Source: Gemmatimonadales bacterium UBA2975 (GTDB lineage Bacteria > Gemmatimonadota > Gemmatimonadetes > Longimicrobiales > Gaopeijiaceae). Taken from it: a stretch of DNA of 64,000 nt. The stretch lies in assembly GCA_002348265.1 (NCBI GenBank), contig DEAT01000022.1, positions 131,792 through 195,791 of the forward strand, read 5' to 3'. Below, piece by piece: positions 54,360 to 62,990 of the stretch. Under the pieces are notes generated by a model. That model did not search any database and was not told where the DNA came from. It saw nothing but the letters and a program-made list of their open reading frames with translations. The translations under genes were made by a program, and so were the position numbers. Positions within the stretch are counted from its first letter, which is position 1. Each line of letters starts with the position of its first letter.

Positions 54360-56294
54360 CTATCGCTTTCGGTTCTCGTATAGCTGGAGGCCGCCAGCAC
54401 CCAGACCAAGCAAGACGTCGTCATCTCCGTCTCCGTCTAGGTCTGCGAAGGCAGGAGCGGCAAAGGTTATCTCCTCGACATCTAGCTTCGTTTCCTCAAC
54501 GAAGTACGGTGATGCTCGCGAACCTTCGTTTCTGAAGAAAACCACACCTTCGCTTTCTGATCCGACGTACATGTCCAGGTCACCGTCACCGTCTTCATCA
54601 CGAAGAACTGGCAGACTCCGCCGTCCGATGTCGAAGTCTCCGTACTCATCGCTTACTAGGGTGAACTCTGCACTCTGCGGGGTACCAGTGTTCTCGTAGA
54701 AATTGATCGTGCCTGAGCTTTCTCCCACGAACAGGTCTAGGTCACCATCGTTATCAATGTCGCCCAGGGTGGGGGTGGCGTTACGCCCGCGCGAGAGTAC
54801 GATCGATGTCGAGTCGACGAAGTTCAACATCAATGAACCGTCGGTGGCGTCGTTTCGATAGATGCGGAGTTGATCAGACCAAGTGCCGACGATGGCATCT
54901 AGATCACCATCCGCATCCAGGTCTCCAAAGGCGGGTAGTAGGTGGTACCCCCCTCCCACATCTAGCTCACCATCGTAACGGAATCTCGGGGTGGTCGCGG
55001 AACCCTCGTTCACCAGCCTGTAAAGCTTGCCGTTCTGAGTATCGTCCTGCTCAATCTTATTGCCCACTAGAAGGTCAATGTCACCGTCCGTGTCGATGTC
55101 GATCGCTATCGGGATAGTCTCAGAGCCGAAATCGATCGTGGACAAGAATCGCGATGTCCGTTGTTCAAATAAGCCTGGACGTGACTGCTCTACATAGTGG
55201 AAATTGTCTGCAGTAGTGGTGTTTGGGTTATATGCCCCACCGAGCACGCCCATAATCAGATCTTGGTCGCCGTCGCCGTCTACGTCACCGAGTGTAGGGG
55301 CGTTATAGCCGCTGGTACGCAGGGGATCTTGTGTGGGGAAGGGAAGCGGTTCTCCACGCAGGTTTGGGCGCGTGCGCGATCCCGTGTTCTCAAGGAAAAG
55401 AATCCCTGGCTCGAAATAATCTCCCCAGAAAAGGTCTTGGTCACCGTCGTTGTCGACGTCCCCGAGGGCCATCGTGTTGGCTCCGTGAAGGCTTCCTATC
55501 TGGGCAACGATCTCAATACCCTCAAATCGATCGTTCACCAGTTCGAACAGCGGGACCCCGTTCGCGTCAGTACCGGTTTCTTCATACCGGGTCACTGTGC
55601 CCTCAAGTCGACCGATGAGCAGATCCATACGCCCGTCTCCATCGATGTCGGTTGCGTTGGGGATGTTTTGTCGGTCGGAGAAGATCGCCCTGCCCTCAGT
55701 GTCCCGAATTGTATCTGCCGCTTGCACGAAGTGTGGAGCTTTGCGAGTGCCGTCATTTCGATAGTACCGCACATAGCTGAAGGGCTGCTCAGCCAAAAGA
55801 TCGTGATCGCCGTCACGGTCGAGGTCGACGAATCGGTACCATTCACCTACCTCAAGGTCCTGGTAATGGTCACTGCGCCATTGGAATGGGTTCTCTGCTT
55901 CTGGCACATGCTCGAAAAACATGACTTTGCCTGAAGCTTCCTGAACGAACAAATCCTGGTCCCCGTCGCCGTCAATATCGATCAGCTGCGGGCGTGGGAT
56001 GTTGAACCCGCCCAAGAAGGGTTGGTCTATTGGTTGACCTGCGGCGTCGGTTACGGAGATACCGGTAATGTGGCGATGGTATCCCTCGCCTTCCGGAATT
56101 GACCCAAAGTTCGAAGGTCCGCTTGCTGTCCGTACTTGTACTCTTCCTTCTAGCAGTGAAGGACCTGAAGTAACGGCTGTACACGCCGAGACTGCCGCTG
56201 ATATGGCTAAGACAAGAATGGCGTGTATTGGGCCACTTCTTACTGCTCGGCGTTTGGTTGTATCCGAACCCTGTCCCTCTAGTATGGGAATCAC
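54360..56294 (-). CDS. Secreted FG-GAP/VCBS repeat protein (CRTAC1/ASPIC-like)
   Basis: There are about ten D-x-D-x-DG-x2-D calcium-loop repeats (DIDGDGDQDLFV, DLDRDGDHDLL, DIDGDGRMDLL, DVDNDGDQDLF, DVDGDGDQDLIM, DIDTDGDIDLLVG, DLDADGDLDAIVG, DIDNDGDLDLFVG, DEDGDGDLDMYVG, DLDGDGDDDVLLG). Confidence 0.8.
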   Translation of the reverse strand: MIPILEGQGSDTTKRRAVRSGPIHAILVLAISAAVSACTAVTSGPSLLEGRVQVRTASGPSNFGSIPEGEGYHRHITGISVTDAAGQPIDQPFLGGFNIPRPQLIDIDGDGDQDLFVQEASGKVMFFEHVPEAENPFQWRSDHYQDLEVGEWYRFVDLDRDGDHDLLAEQPFSYVRYYRNDGTRKAPHFVQAADTIRDTEGRAIFSDRQNIPNATDIDGDGRMDLLIGRLEGTVTRYEETGTDANGVPLFELVNDRFEGIEIVAQIGSLHGANTMALGDVDNDGDQDLFWGDYFEPGILFLENTGSRTRPNLRGEPLPFPTQDPLRTSGYNAPTLGDVDGDGDQDLIMGVLGGAYNPNTTTADNFHYVEQSRPGLFEQRTSRFLSTIDFGSETIPIAIDIDTDGDIDLLVGNKIEQDDTQNGKLYRLVNEGSATTPRFRYDGELDVGGGYHLLPAFGDLDADGDLDAIVGTWSDQLRIYRNDATDGSLMLNFVDSTSIVLSRGRNATPTLGDIDNDGDLDLFVGESSGTINFYENTGTPQSAEFTLVSDEYGDFDIGRRSLPVLRDEDGDGDLDMYVGSESEGVVFFRNEGSRASPYFVEETKLDVEEITFAAPAFADLDGDGDDDVLLGLGAGGLQLYENRKR

Positions 56295-56299
56295 CTCAC

Positions 56300-57379
56300 T
56301 CAGTGTCCGACCAATAGGGACGGGGCAGACATCCCAGCCGCATATCGACCGACTTCGATGACGGCGACGACCTCGTGAGTCCTCGCGTCGATCGCCACAA
56401 CTGTTCCGGGTCGTCCATCTCCCCCGTCAGCTGGCCGGTATGTTCCTGCGACATTGCGCCCGGATATATATATCGTAGACCCATCCGAAGAGACTGCTGA
56501 GCCGTGAGGTTCTGCAAGGGCTGGATGGGTGATCACATTCGAAATGGTCCAGCTCCTAGTATCCACAACCGTTACCGTGTTTTTAGCTTGGTTAGGGATC
56601 CAGACGAAATGTCCATTAGGGGTGAAGCTTGGATGCCAAGGTTGGCCGCCGACTTCGATCGAGTTCACGACTTCGGGGACCTCTCCATTGAGGTCAAAGA
56701 TTAGCAGGTCCCCTGTCATTTGGCCGCCACCGACCATCCAGTTTCCGTCTGGAGAAACAGCGAACTGGACCAGCATGTGATTCATACCGTCCAAGCCCAA
56801 CAAATCGACGTCTTCGTCACCTAGAGAAGCGTACGCTACTGAATTTTGGCCTAGACTTGCAGAGAAGAAGCGATTTCCGCGGGTGTCTACCGTGAGGGCA
56901 TGTGGCCTCGGGAAGAAGACGTCGACTTCTTGTAGTTCCATCGACGGGCGGTGGATGACCCCTATCCGTTGAGGTGGATTCACAGCTGCCATGGAGCGCC
57001 CTACATAAAGGAGATCAGACTCTGGGTCGAGGCTCAGCATACCTGGTGTCTCGAATGCAGTCTCACCGACTAATTGGTTGTCCCTGTCGAACTTCAGGAT
57101 TTTGCCGGCCGCGATCAGGGATACGTACCAATGAGAACCGTCAGGCTCAACTGCCGTGTGGTGTGCCTTCGCAGTTTCCGAGTACCCGAACTCCTTAAGG
57201 TCTACCGTTTCTACGAGCTGGTTCGTGCTCATATCGATAACGGCTACGGTGACCTCTTCTTGACTGGCCACATACAGGAGTTCCTGTCCCTGAACTCCGG
57301 TGACTTGGACTAGTGCCCAAGCCGCCGCAATCAGAGAGACGCGTCGGTACGGTCTTGCCCACTGAATAAACTTCGACAT
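56300..57379 (-). CDS. Secreted YVTN/YncE-like beta-propeller repeat protein
   Basis: There is a signal peptide. Repeats of the form LLYVASQEEVTVAVIDMSTNQLVETVDL recur about seven times across 359 aa. Confidence 0.7.
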   Translation of the reverse strand: MSKFIQWARPYRRVSLIAAAWALVQVTGVQGQELLYVASQEEVTVAVIDMSTNQLVETVDLKEFGYSETAKAHHTAVEPDGSHWYVSLIAAGKILKFDRDNQLVGETAFETPGMLSLDPESDLLYVGRSMAAVNPPQRIGVIHRPSMELQEVDVFFPRPHALTVDTRGNRFFSASLGQNSVAYASLGDEDVDLLGLDGMNHMLVQFAVSPDGNWMVGGGQMTGDLLIFDLNGEVPEVVNSIEVGGQPWHPSFTPNGHFVWIPNQAKNTVTVVDTRSWTISNVITHPALAEPHGSAVSSDGSTIYISGRNVAGTYRPADGGDGRPGTVVAIDARTHEVVAVIEVGRYAAGMSAPSLLVGH

Positions 57380-57390
57380 GGATTCCTCCG

Positions 57391-59760
57391 TTACTGCGAT
57401 ATGGTCCTCGGACGGTAGCGAACGATAAAGAGCCCTTCGGAACCGCTAGTCACTGCAACAACACCGCTTTGAAAGTATGGATAGTTCGACCAGGAGCCGT
57501 CCATCTGGGCGTCGTCACCGCCGTACGGGACGGTGTCAAATGATCCGACCGGCACCGGGTTCTCAGGATCTGAGATGTCGAGGACACGTAGGCCACTCTT
57601 GTAGTTTGACTGGTACATCGTATTGCCGACGATGTAGAGGTTGTGGTCTGTAGCTTTGGTGTCAGCCATATACTCTCGCGCAAGAATCGGGTCATCTAGA
57701 TCCTCTAGATCCCAGATCAGCGTTCGGGTCGTCGCGACATTACCACCCGTCTCGTCGAGTTCGTCACCCATGTAGAAGTAACGTTGATCTGACGAGAGCC
57801 AGCCCTGATGCGAGTACGCGACATTGGGGTAAGTTGCCATCGCGATAGCAACCGGAGCGTCCTTGTCCGTAACGTCCGCGATCGAGAGTGCGGTCTCGTT
57901 GGCCCCTAAGCAGATTTCACGACCGGCGTAGTCTTCATCGGGTCCATTATAGACGACGCACTGTGCATCGTGAGAATAGCCGGTGCGATCACGACCCGTG
58001 GTCATGTCTTGGAAGCAGCCAGCGAATGTTGGATTCAACGGATCTTGGATGTTGATCATGTGCAGCCCTCCGCCGCACGTTTCACCACCGCCGCTACTTC
58101 CTACCGAGTAAGCGAATCCGGTCTCTTCGTTGATCACGATGTTGTGAGCACTGTGGATCCGGTCGTAATTCGCGTCTTCCGAAAAGGTGACTGGATCTGA
58201 TCCGTCGAGACCACGGAGGCGGGTTAGATCGAAAATCTGCATGCCGTGCTGACCCGCATTGTCCGCGACGACGAACATGTGATCCTGGTATACCTTCATG
58301 TCTCGCCAAACGGTCACGTTTGACCCTTCGGTCATCGGCAGTCGACCCAAGTACGCTGGGTTTCCGGGGTTCGTCACATCGACGAAGGCAGTCTGGTTCG
58401 TCATACCTACAAGAACTATTTCGCGTCCCGTTTCCGGGTCCGTCCAACCCCAGACGTCGTTGGCGTTGATTCCGCGCTGAGCGTCCATCTCTCCAAGCGG
58501 AATAAAGGAGAGCAAATCAACCTGTTCACAGTCGAACATGTCAGCACTTCCATCTTCAGAGCAACGGACCTCGTCCCCCATGATTGCGTCGATACCGAGC
58601 ATTACACCGGCGAGGCGCCCGGCTGGAGTCCAACCATCCTCGGTCCAGTTTACCACGTAGGCCGCGCCCGTTCCGTTATCACCCCGAGGTGCTGATCCGA
58701 CCGCGAATCCGTCCCCTACAGCGATCTCTGCAGCAAAAAGTTCTTCGGCGTCTACACCGTTCCCAGTCTGTGTTACGCTGGTCCATTCGCCGACGTTGTC
58801 ATCATATGTGTAGGTGAAGACACGACCCTGTCCGAAGCCAGCAGTTGCGGCTCCGATAAGTGCGGTCTCACCGTCGAAGGTGACGCTCCCACCAAAACCC
58901 GTTTGCGCTGCTGCCTCGAAAGGGATCAGCATTGTGCCGAGTTCCCATGCACCTTCTTCGAAAGTGTATGCGATAACGGAACCGATACCGACAATGTTTC
59001 CGGGTGATCCTATCAATGCGACGTCGCCATTTATGGCGATGTCGGCACCGAAGCCTGCTTGGGCGTTAACAAGAGGTGCCTGAAGAGCGCCCCCCTCAAC
59101 CCATGTGTCCGTACCAGCGTCATATCGGAATTGGTAAACTGCTCCTTGGCCATCATCCACAGATGGAGCGGAAACCATGAGGTGCTCGCCGGAGAGTGCG
59201 AGCTTAGCACCGAACCTAGATTCAGGCATTAGCTCTGTGGGGGCGAGCTTAGAATGCTGCACCCAATCATCACCTTCACGCCTAAAGGTGTATACTGCGC
59301 CACGGGCGCTGTTCTGTCCGATTGTCCCTACCGCAATCCAGTCGCCATCGATATCTAGTCCGCTCCCCAGGCTATCTGCGGGCGTCCGGTCATCTGTCAC
59401 TAGCCTCCCCACTTCGCTCCACGTCCCACCGTCGCTTTCGAACATGTAGACTGCCCCTGTGCCGCTGTCTGCCCGTGTGGCTGACACGAGCAGTAGGTCG
59501 TCTTGGGTCGCTAGACTGATCCCGAAACGGTTGGCTGCGTAAGCTTCTGAAGGTTCTAGCATCTGACTCTGCACCCAATCGCCGCCTTCATCGCGATCAA
59601 AGACATAGACTACACCAGAGCGCATCTCGTATACGGGCTCACCGATGATGATCTGCTCATTGTTGACTACCATCGCGTTTCCGAACGACTGAGCACTCGA
59701 AGGTGCTGCCCATCCAATCGCTATAAGTGCCATAGCGAAGACCATACACGTCCGCTTCAT
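57391..59760 (-). CDS. Secreted two-domain propeller protein: N-terminal 7x FG-GAP-like repeats, C-terminal LVIVD / choice-of-anchor-B domain
   Basis: The N-terminal ~50-aa repeats have the pattern FG.s.a..gd.l.vGap....GavY.F....g.W. The C-terminal DVWGWTDPETGREIVLVGM...WRDMKVYQDHMFVVADNAGQHGMQIFDL is typical of choice-of-anchor B. Confidence 0.7.
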   Translation of the reverse strand: MKRTCMVFAMALIAIGWAAPSSAQSFGNAMVVNNEQIIIGEPVYEMRSGVVYVFDRDEGGDWVQSQMLEPSEAYAANRFGISLATQDDLLLVSATRADSGTGAVYMFESDGGTWSEVGRLVTDDRTPADSLGSGLDIDGDWIAVGTIGQNSARGAVYTFRREGDDWVQHSKLAPTELMPESRFGAKLALSGEHLMVSAPSVDDGQGAVYQFRYDAGTDTWVEGGALQAPLVNAQAGFGADIAINGDVALIGSPGNIVGIGSVIAYTFEEGAWELGTMLIPFEAAAQTGFGGSVTFDGETALIGAATAGFGQGRVFTYTYDDNVGEWTSVTQTGNGVDAEELFAAEIAVGDGFAVGSAPRGDNGTGAAYVVNWTEDGWTPAGRLAGVMLGIDAIMGDEVRCSEDGSADMFDCEQVDLLSFIPLGEMDAQRGINANDVWGWTDPETGREIVLVGMTNQTAFVDVTNPGNPAYLGRLPMTEGSNVTVWRDMKVYQDHMFVVADNAGQHGMQIFDLTRLRGLDGSDPVTFSEDANYDRIHSAHNIVINEETGFAYSVGSSGGGETCGGGLHMINIQDPLNPTFAGCFQDMTTGRDRTGYSHDAQCVVYNGPDEDYAGREICLGANETALSIADVTDKDAPVAIAMATYPNVAYSHQGWLSSDQRYFYMGDELDETGGNVATTRTLIWDLEDLDDPILAREYMADTKATDHNLYIVGNTMYQSNYKSGLRVLDISDPENPVPVGSFDTVPYGGDDAQMDGSWSNYPYFQSGVVAVTSGSEGLFIVRYRPRTISQ

Positions 59761-60012
59761 ACCAACCTCTTGTTTCGGGGACGGGCATCGAAATTTGATT
59801 GACGCCCGTAGAATTCAACTGTTGATCCGGCCCGGAAGCATGCCCAGTCTGACCGTTCCGGACAAGTCACTTTGGTGTTTGAAGTTTTTCGCAAACAGAA
59901 GGTCCGGCCGTGCGTCTGGTTTCTGATCGCTGTGCGGTGGCTTGCCGCGAGCGCGACAGGGGTACAACCTCGTCTATGTCGAAGTGACTTACATGAGCAG
60001 AGAACGGAGACC

Positions 60013-61089
60013 ATGACCATAATCATCAGAGCCCATGTCCTACCCTCACTTCTCATGGGGTTTGTAGCTTTGTGGTCGGCATGTGTGCTCGAAGCGCAAG
60101 AGCCTGTGGAATGGGAAGAAGGCTTTGTTTTTCACACTTTCTCTATTGCAGGCGTAGATCCAGTGACAGGGGAGTCTGGTGTGGCGGTGACAACGCGCAA
60201 CGCGTGCGTTGGGAACGGAGTTCCATGGGTCCGAGTTGGTGTCGGAGCTGTCGCGACACAGGCGTCTACCCGAACAGCGTACGGTAAAGAACTACTAGAT
60301 ATGCTAGAGGGGGGGGTATCACCGCAGGATGCTCTCGACTCAGCGATCGGATCTGATGAAGGGCGCGAAAACCGCCAAATAGGGGTTGTCTCTATCGATG
60401 GGCGGGCTGCTCAGTTTACCGGTAGCGGTCCAGGAGGCTGGGCGGGTCACAGATCGGGTCAAAACTATGCCGCTCAGGGCAACGTCCTAGTCGGGCCGGA
60501 AGTAGTGCACGCGGTCGCCGAGACGTTCGAATCCAGTGAAGGGTCTGGGCGCCACCTCGCGGACCGTCTGGTTGAGGCGCTGGAGGCAGGTCAGGCCGTA
60601 GGTGGAGACCGACGGGCTGGGCGTCTACAGTCGGCCTCAGTCATGGTGGTGGACCCGCGTCAGGGCATGGCACGTCGAGAGGACGGACAAACCGTACATA
60701 TCAATGTCTGCCAACATTTGACTCCCGTGGCTGAGGTGCGACGAATCTATGACACTGTTTCTGGTACTCTAGGGTTTAGAGAACTATACATGCCGACCGG
60801 CAATGACGTATGGCAGGTGAAGCTGCTTATGAACGCCCTCGGTTATTTTCGGCCCGATGACAAGGGAGTCGACCGGACTGCCCAGGCAATGGTCTATGAT
60901 GGAGAGATAGCCAGGGCCGTTGATGCGTTTCGCGATGATCAGGGGCTTTCCAATCCCAGTTCTGGCGGTACCCCATCAGGTTTCGTGGACGCCGAGGTGG
61001 CAGCTCTAATGTGGAAGCTGGTAGAGGAGACTGGGCGCGCGCACGATGTTAGAAAGACCATCCGAGATGCGACTAGAATTAGGAGATGA
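60013..61089 (+). CDS. Secreted DUF1028 (Ntn-hydrolase-fold) protein fused to a peptidoglycan-binding (PG_binding_1) domain
   Basis: A signal-like MTIIIRAHVLPSLLMGFVALWSACVLEAQ is followed by the DUF1028 core TFSIAGVDPVTGESGVAVTTRNACVGNGVPWVRVGVGAVATQA. The C-terminal VWQVKLLMNALGYF...GEIARAVDAFRDDQGL...VDAEVAALM is PG_binding_1-like. Confidence 0.75.
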   Translation: MTIIIRAHVLPSLLMGFVALWSACVLEAQEPVEWEEGFVFHTFSIAGVDPVTGESGVAVTTRNACVGNGVPWVRVGVGAVATQASTRTAYGKELLDMLEGGVSPQDALDSAIGSDEGRENRQIGVVSIDGRAAQFTGSGPGGWAGHRSGQNYAAQGNVLVGPEVVHAVAETFESSEGSGRHLADRLVEALEAGQAVGGDRRAGRLQSASVMVVDPRQGMARREDGQTVHINVCQHLTPVAEVRRIYDTVSGTLGFRELYMPTGNDVWQVKLLMNALGYFRPDDKGVDRTAQAMVYDGEIARAVDAFRDDQGLSNPSSGGTPSGFVDAEVAALMWKLVEETGRAHDVRKTIRDATRIRR

Positions 61090-61302
61090 GGGTTGTGGGG
61101 TGCCTCCAATCGCTTGAGAGTACGGTGCTATGGAAGCATTCTGGGAATGCGGTTATTTCGGGCGAACGTATTTGCTAGTGGACCGCCGGGACAGCCGAAT
61201 CTAGGTTAGTCGCCCTTTTCGGGTCGAATTCCCGTTATTTTTCGGATCGCTTTGCTTCCGACCATGTGTCCCCTTGTTCAGGGTGCGTGACATTAGGGAT
61301 CA

Positions 61303-62961
61303 ATGAAAGGACCATCAAAAGTCAGCTCGCGAGTGAGTTTGCCCGCAATCCAAGGAAAGACCTCACCGATCGGCATCTTGTCGTCGGCAGGAGAGGACTC
61401 GTCCGCACCTGCTTATGCGGGGCCGGCCGGTATCCCTGTGCGAGCTCCTGTCGGGCTAATGGCGGGATCTTCGGGAGTTCGTGCGGTCACGATGGCACGC
61501 GATGGTTCTCTAGGGTCACGATCAGGGCCTGATGAGGCACTAATTGGGGTGCTACCTCCAATTTATCCTGAGTGGCTAGGGGATCGCAGTTTTAACAGTG
61601 CACACGGTTGTCGTTTCCCTTATGTCGTAGGTGAGATGGCGCGAGGCATTGCCTCGGTCGACATGGTCATAGCTGGAGCTAAGGCCGGGTTCATGGCCTT
61701 CTTTGGAAGTGCCGGACTGCCAATTCCCGAGATTGATGATGCGGTCCAAAACATTCAGGCGTCTTTAGGCGATGGAGTTCGGAACTGGGGCGCAAATCTG
61801 ATCCATAGCCCTCAGGAATCTCACATGGAGATGGATTTCGCGGAGTTAATGCTAACGAGGGGAGTCTCCAATATTTCGGCGTCTGCCTTCATGCGGTTGC
61901 AACCCGCGATAGTGTATCTTTCGGCTAAGGGGCTGAAGCGCGCAGCTGACGGGTCGATTCTGAGGCGTACCCACATCTTTGCGAAGATCTCGCGAGTGGA
62001 GGTTGCTCGCCCTTTTCTTTCTCCTGCGCCTGAAAACATGCTCGCGGCATTGGTAGAGGATGGTAAGCTCACTCCAGATGAGGCGGCGCTGGCTCGTTCT
62101 GTCCCTGTGGCTGAAGATGTTACGGTGGAAGCTGACTCGGGTGGACATACCGACAATCGGCCACTTCCCGTTCTCTTGCCGATGATACTGGACCTCGCAC
62201 GGTCGTTATCAGCAGAGCATGGGTACACTCGCGCCGTCCGTGTTGGTGTCGGGGGTGGTCTTGGTACTCCTTCTGCTATCGCTGCGGCATTTGGTATGGG
62301 GGCTGCATATGTCGTGACCGGTTCAGTAAACCAAGCAGCGGTGGAGTCAGCTCTCTCCGATGATGGCAGAAGGATGCTTGCGGAGGCCTCAATGACCGAC
62401 GTGGCGATGGCTCCGGCAGCGGACATGTTTGAGATGGGTGTCGAGGTCCAGGTGCTAAAGAGGGGCACGATGTTTGCCCAGCGTGGAAAAGAGCTCTACC
62501 GGATCTTCCGTACTTATGACTCAATCGAATCAATCCCTGACGAAGAGCGGGTATCCATGGAGCAGCGGATACTCGGTAGGTCGGTTGCAGAGATATGGCA
62601 TGACACGGTGTCATTCTTTAAACGCCGTGACCCTCGTGAGATTGAGCGTGCTGCTCAGGATCCAAAACACAAGATGGCGCTTGTCTTCCGATGGTATCTT
62701 TTTATGGGTGCCCAGTGGGCCCGTTCTGGGGAGGAGGACCGACGTGGCGATTACCAGATTTGGTGCGGACCCGCCATGGGTGCCTTCAACGAGTGGACCC
62801 GGGGGAGCTTTCTTGAGCCCGTAGACGGACGGACGACCGTTCAAATAGGCTTGAATCTTATGGAGGGTGCTGCATGGCTTACGCGTGCTCACCAGCTTCG
62901 CCTTGCCGGTGTTCCACTTGGACCGGCCGATAACACATTCTCTCCGCGTCAGCTTCGCTGA
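61303..62961 (+). CDS. pfaD: PfaD-family enoyl reductase of PUFA/polyketide-type lipid synthases (NMO/2-nitropropane-dioxygenase fold)
   Basis: LGDRSFNSAHGCRFPYVVGEMARGIASVDMVIAGAKAGFMAFFGSAGL, EADSGGHTDNRPL and GGGLGTPSAIAAAFGMGAAYVVTGSVNQ are hallmark PfaD blocks. The exact start is uncertain. Confidence 0.85.
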   Translation: MKGPSKVSSRVSLPAIQGKTSPIGILSSAGEDSSAPAYAGPAGIPVRAPVGLMAGSSGVRAVTMARDGSLGSRSGPDEALIGVLPPIYPEWLGDRSFNSAHGCRFPYVVGEMARGIASVDMVIAGAKAGFMAFFGSAGLPIPEIDDAVQNIQASLGDGVRNWGANLIHSPQESHMEMDFAELMLTRGVSNISASAFMRLQPAIVYLSAKGLKRAADGSILRRTHIFAKISRVEVARPFLSPAPENMLAALVEDGKLTPDEAALARSVPVAEDVTVEADSGGHTDNRPLPVLLPMILDLARSLSAEHGYTRAVRVGVGGGLGTPSAIAAAFGMGAAYVVTGSVNQAAVESALSDDGRRMLAEASMTDVAMAPAADMFEMGVEVQVLKRGTMFAQRGKELYRIFRTYDSIESIPDEERVSMEQRILGRSVAEIWHDTVSFFKRRDPREIERAAQDPKHKMALVFRWYLFMGAQWARSGEEDRRGDYQIWCGPAMGAFNEWTRGSFLEPVDGRTTVQIGLNLMEGAAWLTRAHQLRLAGVPLGPADNTFSPRQLR

Positions 62962-62990
62962 GCCTAGACCACTATTTTCTGAGAACTTAG

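Noticed and set aside
54112-54699. 195-aa plus-strand ORF starting in the 278-bp gap between the creatininase and VCBS genes
   Set aside because: The translation is Ser/Arg/Pro-rich low complexity, and more than half of the ORF is antisense to the 3' end of the well-supported VCBS gene. No motifs were recognised.
54360-56294. Periodic Asp-rich DNA (repeated GAxGGxGAxGGxGAC-like codon runs) that at first glance resembles a tandem repeat or array
   Set aside because: The periodicity comes from protein-level FG-GAP/VCBS calcium-loop repeats (DxDxDGxxD). The units are irregularly spaced and diverged at the DNA level. There is no repeat-spacer structure, so this is not a CRISPR or VNTR.
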